Assembly (NCBI GenBank): GCA_003707115.1
Contig: PPNB01000024.1
Coordinates: 112,945 to 132,944, forward strand
Reading direction: 5' to 3'
DNA from: Tortispora ganteri
Taxonomy: Eukaryota
Length of the DNA stretch: 20,000 nt
Under the pieces are notes generated by a model. That model made no database searches and had not been told where the DNA came from. It was given only the letters and a program-made list of their open reading frames with translations. Of this stretch, positions 9,872-17,790 are shown piece by piece. The position numbers and the translations under genes were made by a program. Each line of letters begins with the position of its first letter. Position 1 is the first letter of the stretch.

Positions 9872-10435
9872 TTGAAGTGTCGTTTTATTGATTCTGGTAC
9901 TATTGTTTATGATTTATGGGATTGCTAATATAACAGTGTCTTAAGAGAAAAGCACTTGAAGAAAGTTTGCTTAATTCTTGAAGCGCAACAATTATTCTTG
10001 TATAAGTATTTCAGCTATTTCTATAGCTGCAATACATATTTACTCATTAGAGTGTTATTGTATAATTTTTATTCTTGCATGATTATATGCATGACAATCA
10101 AGTTTATATACACTTAAGCCGCTGTCAATGATTCAATATAATCCTAACCCGTTATTAAACAATTGCATTTTAAAACTTAAATCAAATTCTATATTATTTA
10201 AGAAGTGTATTAAGAATTATTGTTGTAAAGTCGTAACTTTATTAAAGAAAAATTACTACATCAGCCGCAATTGCTATTTTTAGCCTCAAGAAGATAAGCT
10301 TATAATTAAAGTTTAAACTTTAGAATCCTCAGCACCCTTAAGAACTGCCACTTAGACTAATGACACCACAGACTCGTAGTTCGATCAGAACAAACTATTC
10401 AGTACTGAAAACTTGTATATAGAGGTATAGAGAAT

Positions 10436-12346
10436 ATGAGCACATTTTTGAGAAAGAATGTATCTGTGCGCATGCTTACAGTACCAACAATCATCGTAAT
10501 CATATTCCTGAGTGTATCGACAGTTTTCTTTTACAAAGATAACGCCAGCAGCACGTTCGATAACAGTAATATGTATTCTCACAAATCAGCAGCTGATGCA
10601 GGATATGCGAATTTATCACCGTCAACAGATTCTTTGGCAGAGTTCGATGCACTTGTCGAGTATTTATTGGCGCACCCGAAAGCAGTACCTAAAGATCCAA
10701 TAATTCAGCAGTATCTCAAATACAGGAAAATAGCGCAACAGTCACCGCTGCGTGGACCAAATCAGTACCCGTCGCTCAAGGAACTCGTTTTGCATTACAA
10801 AAAGACTCGAGGTCGCAACCCGCCGCCACTATTCGATGTATGGTATGACTTCGCTGTTTCGCGATCATGTTCTGACTTTTACAGCTTCGATCGCCTCTAC
10901 AAGGACCTCGAACCTTTCTGGGCACTCTCTCCACGAGAGATACGCAGACGAGTCAGGTTCCTATGGGATGATCCATCCACAAATATCATGCTCGTCAGAA
11001 ACGGTAAGACGTTCTCCGACACCGGCCACGACGCTCGCATTGAGAGTGTAGAAGAAATGATGAATACCTTCTCGCAGTACCTACCCGATATGGAATTGCC
11101 AATGAATATCCATGATGAGCCGCGTATTGTCGTTCCATACGATATATTGCAAAAGCAAATCGAGTACGCGCGCGGTAACGCCTCGTTAGACACCCCGCTG
11201 TTCTCGCAATTCCCGCCTAGTTTGTCGGTGGAGCACGACCCACTGATTTTCAATGACAAATTCGTGGAACGTGGTGCCACGCCGTTTTACGATGGCATGG
11301 AGCAGTACTGTCCTCACGACTCGATGCTCAATCGTGTAGTAGATTTGGGTGAGGACTATGACAGTATAGTGCACGAGGCCGACCAGATGTTCTTTCCCGA
11401 TCACGTACTCACAGACATAGAAATGTCAAAAGACCTCTGTGTCTCTGGGCCTGGTCTACGCGACAACCATTGCTACCTCATTCGCCCGCTGCTACGCAAA
11501 GAAAGCAACCAATTACTTCCGATGTTCTCGGACACAAAAACAAGCCTCAATAACGATATCTTGATCCCGGCGTCCACGTACTACCGCTCAAATGCCGAGT
11601 ACGGATACGACACCTGGAACGATATTGCGTGGCAAAAGAAGAAAGATGTTATGTTCTGGCGCGGCAAAACTACAGGTGGATATATCCGTCCAGAGAATAT
11701 GGACATGATGCAACGGCACAGACTGGTTTACCTGTTTAACACATCGGTTATTGATAAACCCAACCACATTAACAAAATGAGCTCACCTATACTGTGTCAA
11801 GCAGATAAAAACTCAAACACTTTGGTAGATTGTGAGGTCGATATCCGAGACTTTTTGGACGAGCATTCGGATGTGTCGTTTGATTCGTTCGAATGGTGTA
11901 ACGAATTCTGTGACATGTTGTACGATATATTTTTGTTGAACCCACGACTGCCACCTAGTGCACAATTTGAGCACAAGTACCTTATGGATGTTGACGGAAA
12001 CTCTTTCTCTGGTCGGTTCCTCGGTTTCTTGAAAAGCAACTCGCTGCCGTTCAAAGCTACAATCTTTTTAGAATGGCACGACTCGCGGCTTGTCCCCTGG
12101 GTTCATTACATACCGGTAGACTGTCGGCTAACTGACCTGCATAAGTTGCTGGCATATTTTATCGGTTTTGAAAACGTATTACCAAGTCATCAAGGTATGG
12201 CGCAAAGAATAGCGCTCGATGGCCGTGATTTCGCCAAAAGCACTTTGAGACGCGAAGACATGGAAATCTACTTCTTCCTTTTGATGCTCGAGTACGCTAG
12301 ATTACTGTCTGACAATCGAAACGAACTCGGGTTTACGTTGGACTAA
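10436..12346 (+). CDS. CAP10-domain glycosyltransferase family 90 (Cxt1 beta-1,2-xylosyltransferase-like), predicted type II membrane protein
   Basis: N-terminal signal anchor (LTVPTIIVIIFLSVSTVFFY). Fungal GT90 blocks GRNPPPLFDVWY, LEPFWALSP, LPDMELPMNIHDEPR, FWRGKTTGG, QRHRLV, KYLMDVDGNSFSGRF, EWHDSRLVPWVHYIPV, LRREDMEIYFFLLMLEYAR. Confidence 0.92.
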   Translation: MSTFLRKNVSVRMLTVPTIIVIIFLSVSTVFFYKDNASSTFDNSNMYSHKSAADAGYANLSPSTDSLAEFDALVEYLLAHPKAVPKDPIIQQYLKYRKIAQQSPLRGPNQYPSLKELVLHYKKTRGRNPPPLFDVWYDFAVSRSCSDFYSFDRLYKDLEPFWALSPREIRRRVRFLWDDPSTNIMLVRNGKTFSDTGHDARIESVEEMMNTFSQYLPDMELPMNIHDEPRIVVPYDILQKQIEYARGNASLDTPLFSQFPPSLSVEHDPLIFNDKFVERGATPFYDGMEQYCPHDSMLNRVVDLGEDYDSIVHEADQMFFPDHVLTDIEMSKDLCVSGPGLRDNHCYLIRPLLRKESNQLLPMFSDTKTSLNNDILIPASTYYRSNAEYGYDTWNDIAWQKKKDVMFWRGKTTGGYIRPENMDMMQRHRLVYLFNTSVIDKPNHINKMSSPILCQADKNSNTLVDCEVDIRDFLDEHSDVSFDSFEWCNEFCDMLYDIFLLNPRLPPSAQFEHKYLMDVDGNSFSGRFLGFLKSNSLPFKATIFLEWHDSRLVPWVHYIPVDCRLTDLHKLLAYFIGFENVLPSHQGMAQRIALDGRDFAKSTLRREDMEIYFFLLMLEYARLLSDNRNELGFTLD

Positions 12347-12666
12347 CTGAAGATCTTTATCACATTACAGATCTGTAAAAATCGCAACAGTCATCAATCT
12401 ATCCTCGACTGCAAACTTAAACTCAATATTCGAACTATAACGCCGGAGGGGCTACATCCGCACTTCAAAGGAGCCATATGGCTGCACTGAGACTAATAGA
12501 GCTTATCATTATGACGTATCTGATACAGTAAACGGGGTAAACTGTTAAAGAGGTTAACCGAGAAAATAATAACTTTACAGCACATTGTCGTTGATTAAGG
12601 CGTTGACGAGTCTGTAACATAGTGTGTAAATGGAAACCCTGGTTGTTGGCATAGCAACATCCCTAT

Positions 12667-12674
12667 TGTGACTG
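12667..12674 (+). promoter_or_regulatory. Homol-D box (TGTGACTG, inverted form of CAGTCACA) in the RPL5 promoter
   Basis: Exact 8-mer about 80-90 bp upstream of a ribosomal protein ATG, the gene class for which this element is known in S. pombe. Preceded by CCCT(A) half-motifs at 12637-12640 and 12661-12665 and followed by a T tract. Confidence 0.75.
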
Positions 12675-12755
12675 TACTTTTTTTTCAACCAGCAAGGGCA
12701 CGCAACCACACACTCCCAAATCAATTTCGAGGACTAAGACCTACCACTTACCGCA

Positions 12756-13649
12756 ATGCCATTTGAACGTGTAATTAAGACCCCTGCTTATCACAGCCGT
12801 TTCCAGACTCCTTTCCGTCGTAGACGTGAAGGTAAGACTGACTACTATGCTCGCAAGCGCCTGATCGCCCAGGCCAAGAACAAATACAACAGCCCCAAAT
12901 ACAGACTTGTTGTTCGATTCACCAACCGCGATATCATTGCTCAAATTGTCAGTGCTCATTTGAACGGTGACCGTGTTGTCTGCGCTGCTTACTCTCACGA
13001 ATTGCCCCGATATGGTATCAAGCACGGTCTCACTAACTGGTCTGCTGCCTATGCCACTGGCCTCTTGGTTGCTCGTCGTTGCCTGAAGAAGTTCGGACTC
13101 GATGAGACTTATGAAGGTGTTGAGGAAGCTGATGGTGAATACACTTTGACTGAAGCCGTTGAAGACGGACCTCGTCCCTTCAAATGCTTCTTGGACATTG
13201 GTCTGCAACGTTCTACTACAGGTGCTCGTGTTTTTGGTGTTCTAAAAGGCGCTTCTGATGGTGGATTGTATATCCCGCACTCCGAGAAGCGATTTCCAGG
13301 TTTCGATATTGAGACTAAGGAATTAGACGCCGATACTCTCCGTGAACGTATCTTCGGAGGACATATCGCCGAGTATATGGATGTTTTGGCTGATGACGAT
13401 GAGGAACGTTACAGAGAAGTGTTCAAGGGTTACATTGAGGAAGGTATTGAGAGCGATGCCATTGAAGATATCTACACTGAAGCTCACGCTAAGATTAGAG
13501 AGAATCCCGAACACGTCGCTAGCTCTAAGAAAACAAAGGAAGAGTACGCCGCCGAATCAAAGAAGTACCGTACTCCCCGTCTTACTGGCGAACAACGTCG
13601 TGCCAACCGCGCCGAAAAGATCGCCAAACTCCGCGCCGAACTTGCTTAA
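12756..13649 (+). CDS. RPL5: 60S ribosomal protein L5 (uL18), intronless CDS
   Basis: RFQTPFRRRREGKTDYYARKRL, KYRLVVRFTN, AYSHELPRYG, GASDGGLYIPHS; 297 aa; strong codon bias. Confidence 0.99.
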   Translation: MPFERVIKTPAYHSRFQTPFRRRREGKTDYYARKRLIAQAKNKYNSPKYRLVVRFTNRDIIAQIVSAHLNGDRVVCAAYSHELPRYGIKHGLTNWSAAYATGLLVARRCLKKFGLDETYEGVEEADGEYTLTEAVEDGPRPFKCFLDIGLQRSTTGARVFGVLKGASDGGLYIPHSEKRFPGFDIETKELDADTLRERIFGGHIAEYMDVLADDDEERYREVFKGYIEEGIESDAIEDIYTEAHAKIRENPEHVASSKKTKEEYAAESKKYRTPRLTGEQRRANRAEKIAKLRAELA

Positions 13650-13806
13650 AAAAATTTACGTATTTTTGCAAGACGATCACCTTAAAATATTCACGTTTTA
13701 TTCTTTCTTTCTTTTATGTAGAATGGTCCCATAGCAACGGTCATAATTATTACTAAAAACCCCACCCTTGCCTTCTAATTCGACATTTCTTTCGATACTT
13801 TTTTAG

Positions 13807-14115
13807 ATGTCGCTAAAAGACCTTAAAGATTTCGACCCTGTTCCTGAAATTGCTTCATTCTTGCAGATGAATGAATTAGGCAGAATTGATGCTAAACAGG
13901 TACATAATGCTGCAGGCGTTATACGATCGAAAATAACCAAAGCTATATCCGCTGTGGAATTGATTCCGGGAAGCGAACAGTCAATTCCTGACCAAATTCG
14001 CGAAATTTGCCACCTTGAATCGACTCTGAATAAAAGACTTCATATAATACAGCGTTTAGACAATCTTCAAACTGATCCGGTGAAACTTGAATCAAGTTCA
14101 TCAGCAAATCAATAG
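13807..14115 (+). CDS. MED9: Probable Mediator complex subunit Med9 (Cse2-like), 102 aa
   Basis: The pattern FDPVPEI...AGVIRSKITKAISAVELIPGSEQSIPDQIREICHLESTLNKRLHIIQRL follows the Med9 helix-PG-helix layout (K-x-x-K-A...L-P-G...S...Q...I..LE). Size fits, and it is the longest ORF in the gap between RPL5 and UPF1. Recognised by eye only. Confidence 0.7.
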   Translation: MSLKDLKDFDPVPEIASFLQMNELGRIDAKQVHNAAGVIRSKITKAISAVELIPGSEQSIPDQIREICHLESTLNKRLHIIQRLDNLQTDPVKLESSSSANQ

Positions 14116-14252
14116 ACTTTGACAATGAAAGTTGTATATACTGGTTCACATTCTACACATACACTATAATCCGAAGAATAATAAAGATTTGTTTGTTAAT
14201 CAACTGACAAACTTTAATATCGCTGCATTGGTAGCCACTCTAGTTCTCTTCA

Positions 14253-17069
14253 TCATCTGTCCATCTGACTAGCAAGCGAGTAGGCAACACTGTTGTTGTC
14301 GTCATTGTCGTCGTCGTGGTCATCGTACACCACTGTATCAGTCTCCGGGTACGAAATATTTCCGCTTTGCGCATATCTCGCTAAACGCTCCATCTGGGCC
14401 GCATCTAGTTTGTACGTCCGCGGTCCAGATGTTGATTCCAGTCCCGAATTGTGTGATATATGGTTCAGTGCTGACTTGATGTCATTCCAATCCTCCATAG
14501 ACGGTGGCGCCATAAAATCACTACCCGCAATACTCTCATTGTCGTCCGGGAACCGCCCGTCAACGCTTTCGAGATCTCCAAACATATGGTTAAATTCCTC
14601 GCCCCTTCCAGCTAACGCTCCCACCTTGGTCCTGATATGCCGATATTTCGGCCGTGACAGAGGAATGCGACATATTCTCAAACTATTCAACGGTCCCTCC
14701 ACATACACTCTCTTGTCCCGATAAAGCTGTATCAGTAGGTTCCAAGTGCGATCCACAGACAAAACTCGAGGGTTGCCAATAATAACCATGCCATATTTAG
14801 CACGAGTAATCGCCACATTCAATCTTCGCGAATTCGACAGGAAGCCAACTGCATTCATCGTGTTAGATCTGACAGTTGTAAATATAATGAAGTCCTTCTC
14901 TCTGCCTTGAAACGAATCAACAGAAGCAACTTCAATGCCACCAACATTGTCCTCGTCCACAGACAACTCTAAAGCCAAAAGCTGAATAACATAAGCTCGT
15001 TGAGCTTCGTATGGCGTAATAATACCAATATCAGATGGTTGTACGTTCGATTTCAGCAGCTGACGAACAGCCTTGACACAATTTGCAGCTTCCAGTCTGT
15101 TCAGGTATGATAAACCTGACGGTCCAATTTCTTCCTGGCCCAAGGTAGCCCACATCATCATCGGACAGTCTGGGTTAATCCAAGGAAATTGCAGATTGGC
15201 ATATCTCCTCTGTTCAGCAGTAACTCCATTCTGAAGTGTGCCTTCATAGAAGTAGTTGCTAGAAAATTCAGATAAGCACGGGTGCATGCGATACTGCACA
15301 TTCAAACGGATAGGAGTTTCGCCCAGGAGAATCAATCTCTCAAAAAGAGATTGTTTAAATCCCGCTTTAGCAACCTGCTTATTTAAAATTATAGGCCCAA
15401 GTTGTCGGTGATCACCAACTAAGATCACCTGTTTAGCACCTAGAACTAGCGGAATCATGGTTTCAGGCTCAATAGCTTGAGTGCTTTCGTCAATAAGAAC
15501 TCGCCGGAAAGTATATTCCTTTAATATATAACTTCCTGCTCCTACGCAGGTAGTACATACAACGTTTGCTTTATCGAGCACATTCGCTTCAGCTTTATGC
15601 AATAATTTCTTGTATTGAATAGCATCCGTTCCCTTGAGCTCGCCCATTTCCTGCTTTAATTGATGGAGCTTTTGCAGCCTTCCATTTGTTTTCAGTGCTA
15701 ATTCATGCAAAGCAAGCTCACTATACTCTATTTCTTGATTTTCTCGGCTCTTTGCATATATGCGCACAACTTTCAGCCCCGTGTCTGCAATCTTTTTAGC
15801 AAGATGGTCCACGGCAATATTGGAGGGTGCACACACCAGTACTTTCTCCTTATAAGACTTAAACAGATGGTACACTATTGCAGCAGAGGTAACAGTTTTA
15901 CCTGTGCCAGGGGGGCCTTGGACAAGAGACAGAGGTTTTAGCAGAGCAGTACGCACAGCATTGGCCTGAGAGAAGTTGAGTTCGGGAAGACCGTTGACGC
16001 TTAATTTTTGAGGGAAGATATTATCAAAAAGAGTATCTTCGATATCATGGCCAAGTAGCTTATGGTACAAATATCCTGTCATACTGTATTCATGGACAGC
16101 GAACAATTTCATTGCCTCCTGCATTCGAACATACGGAACACCATTCCAAAGAAATTCAACGGTATAACCATCAATGACGTCTTCACAAACATCTTTACTA
16201 CTATATAATTCAGCAGTAGCCAAAGCATTAGTGCCTGAGGGGAAACGGATAATGCGAGCGTTACACGAATAAGGTGATCCATTGATATTGTCGTGCGAGA
16301 TTTTAATATCTGTGCCAGCATTACGTATATTACCAATAGTGGCACCCAAATCGTCTAGCAAAAAGCTGAACAGGGGGTTACCATTAAGGCTTCTATCCCA
16401 TTTGGCGACGACACCGCTCTGCTTGTGTCCTTCGTACATTAGCTTAGAGTAGTCAGACTCAGATTGGACCAGGGGCGCAAATATGTTCTGATAATGAACC
16501 GCATCCTCATAGCGTAAAATGACAGGGTCCAAAGGTGGACTGTTTTCAATTTCGATGAGTTGAGATATGGAAGATATGTCTTCATTTTCTATATCCTGCT
16601 CAATCTTCGCTATATCGCTATTGGACACCTCCTTAGCTCGTTCGAGCTGGTATTCATCAGGTTTAGGGAATAACCACGATACAAAGGAGCGTTCTTGAAT
16701 AAGAGGAAACCATTGCTTCTGATCCCAGGCGCTATCTTTTGCAGCTGCTTGTATAGAACAAGGAAACCGGCAGAGGACAACCATTACTCTATCTGTTTTG
16801 GCGGGGATGCAGCCTAGTAGGAAGACATTCTTTGAACCACATTTATAGCAATCCAAAACAATGTTTCCAAGATTATTTTCGGGGTGTAGTCGAATAGACT
16901 TGTGCTTGGATCGCACGAGATGGTTGACGAGATGCGTAGTATCTGACGAGCCTTTTTCGTTGCAGAACCATTTGTTGCAGCTCGTACAGAGTCCAATACA
17001 TTTAGGGTCGTCTATTCCGCAGTAAGCACATGCCGGTGCGGAAGAAAATTCAGCCATTGTTGATGGCAT
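14253..17069 (-). CDS. UPF1: Upf1/Nam7 SF1 RNA helicase (nonsense-mediated decay), divergent
   Basis: CH zinc domain (CAYCG, CNKWFCN, HLVNHLV, CYKCG, LCRFPC). Helicase motifs GPPGTGKT, APSNIAVD, IDESTQ, LVGDH.QLGP, QYRMHP, SVDSFQGRE, RRLNVAITRAK. The alternative ATG at 17057 has the better context (ACAATGG). Confidence 0.95.
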   Translation of the reverse strand: MPSTMAEFSSAPACAYCGIDDPKCIGLCTSCNKWFCNEKGSSDTTHLVNHLVRSKHKSIRLHPENNLGNIVLDCYKCGSKNVFLLGCIPAKTDRVMVVLCRFPCSIQAAAKDSAWDQKQWFPLIQERSFVSWLFPKPDEYQLERAKEVSNSDIAKIEQDIENEDISSISQLIEIENSPPLDPVILRYEDAVHYQNIFAPLVQSESDYSKLMYEGHKQSGVVAKWDRSLNGNPLFSFLLDDLGATIGNIRNAGTDIKISHDNINGSPYSCNARIIRFPSGTNALATAELYSSKDVCEDVIDGYTVEFLWNGVPYVRMQEAMKLFAVHEYSMTGYLYHKLLGHDIEDTLFDNIFPQKLSVNGLPELNFSQANAVRTALLKPLSLVQGPPGTGKTVTSAAIVYHLFKSYKEKVLVCAPSNIAVDHLAKKIADTGLKVVRIYAKSRENQEIEYSELALHELALKTNGRLQKLHQLKQEMGELKGTDAIQYKKLLHKAEANVLDKANVVCTTCVGAGSYILKEYTFRRVLIDESTQAIEPETMIPLVLGAKQVILVGDHRQLGPIILNKQVAKAGFKQSLFERLILLGETPIRLNVQYRMHPCLSEFSSNYFYEGTLQNGVTAEQRRYANLQFPWINPDCPMMMWATLGQEEIGPSGLSYLNRLEAANCVKAVRQLLKSNVQPSDIGIITPYEAQRAYVIQLLALELSVDEDNVGGIEVASVDSFQGREKDFIIFTTVRSNTMNAVGFLSNSRRLNVAITRAKYGMVIIGNPRVLSVDRTWNLLIQLYRDKRVYVEGPLNSLRICRIPLSRPKYRHIRTKVGALAGRGEEFNHMFGDLESVDGRFPDDNESIAGSDFMAPPSMEDWNDIKSALNHISHNSGLESTSGPRTYKLDAAQMERLARYAQSGNISYPETDTVVYDDHDDDNDDNNSVAYSLASQMDR

Positions 17070-17100
17070 GGATTTAGTGAAGAAAAGCAGTTAAACAACC

Positions 17101-17113
17101 AAAAAAAAAAAAA
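17101..17113. promoter_or_regulatory. Poly(dA:dT) tract (13 bp) just upstream of UPF1
   Basis: A13 run about 32 bp upstream of the UPF1 ATG. Such tracts disfavour nucleosomes in yeast promoters, but it may instead lie in the 5' leader. Confidence 0.5.
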
Positions 17114-17760
17114 TCTCTTTCTTATCACAGTTCGATGTGATAGAAAAAAGGAGTACGACACGGTTGTCACACAGACCAATTATAGAGCAGATTATAACAA
17201 GTAAGGACAGATAGTAAGCACTAGAAGATTTCTAGTAGCAAATTATACAATTAGAGCGAAGTCTCGATCTCTAGATCAGTACAAAATCCGCCTCCACAGT
17301 TCTTAGCGTTTCACGTAGAATCTAATGCAATAAGAACACTTAGCAGTGAACTTAACCAAGAAGTGCGCTAAAGATAAATCAACAAATAACAAGAAGAAGA
17401 ATAATCTCTAGCTATACAGCAGATATCTATCTTTATTCATGAAAAGCTCTTTGAAAAGAGGGCAAAACGTCGGTAAAAAGGTGAATAGATACTACTGGTT
17501 TTTTAATAATATTGTCCCTTAGCAACGAAAAAGACAATTGATTTATTGTAATGCAGATTTATCGTACAAAAGCAACTTAACTTCTTAGCTTACCAAGCCT
17601 TTTTGTGTACAAATTTAATCCACAGCAAATGGGCCCAAATTAAAAGAAGGAGATTAATTGCTTTTTAGTATTAGCCATTTCATAATCTTTGCGTGTGTTT
17701 GACCCGTCATGCTGCAAGGTTCGCTTATTGGCAACAAACGAAACTATTAGCATTAAATTG

Positions 17761-17790
17761 TAGTAGTAGTATTATTATTGTTATTATTAT
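17761..17790. repeat. Imperfect trinucleotide microsatellite (TAG)3(TAT)3 TGT (TAT)3 abutting the SOG2 stop codon
   Basis: Sequence tagtagtagtattattattgttattattat read directly. Confidence 0.7.

Noticed and set aside
10375..10390. GTTCGA B-box-like words (also at 17130-17135)
   Set aside because: No cloverleaf, A box or proper T-arm geometry, so not tRNA genes.
12511..12517. ATGACGT CRE/M26-like site upstream of RPL5
   Set aside because: A single 7-mer is expected by chance in a window this size; no supporting context.
12741..13208. 155-aa ORF antisense to RPL5
   Set aside because: Typical antisense open frame caused by codon bias in a highly expressed gene.
13342..13806. Frameshift or readthrough fusion of RPL5 to MED9 via the +1-frame ORF 13342-13734
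   Set aside because: That frame matches MED9 but has stops at 13732-13734 and 13744-13746. The donor-like sites I checked in RPL5 (e.g. G|GTAAGA at 12831) would join out of frame.
17220..17236. ACTAGAA-gat-TTCTAGT palindrome resembling a heat-shock element
   Set aside because: GAA-to-TTC spacing is 3 nt rather than 2, and short palindromes are common in AT-rich DNA.
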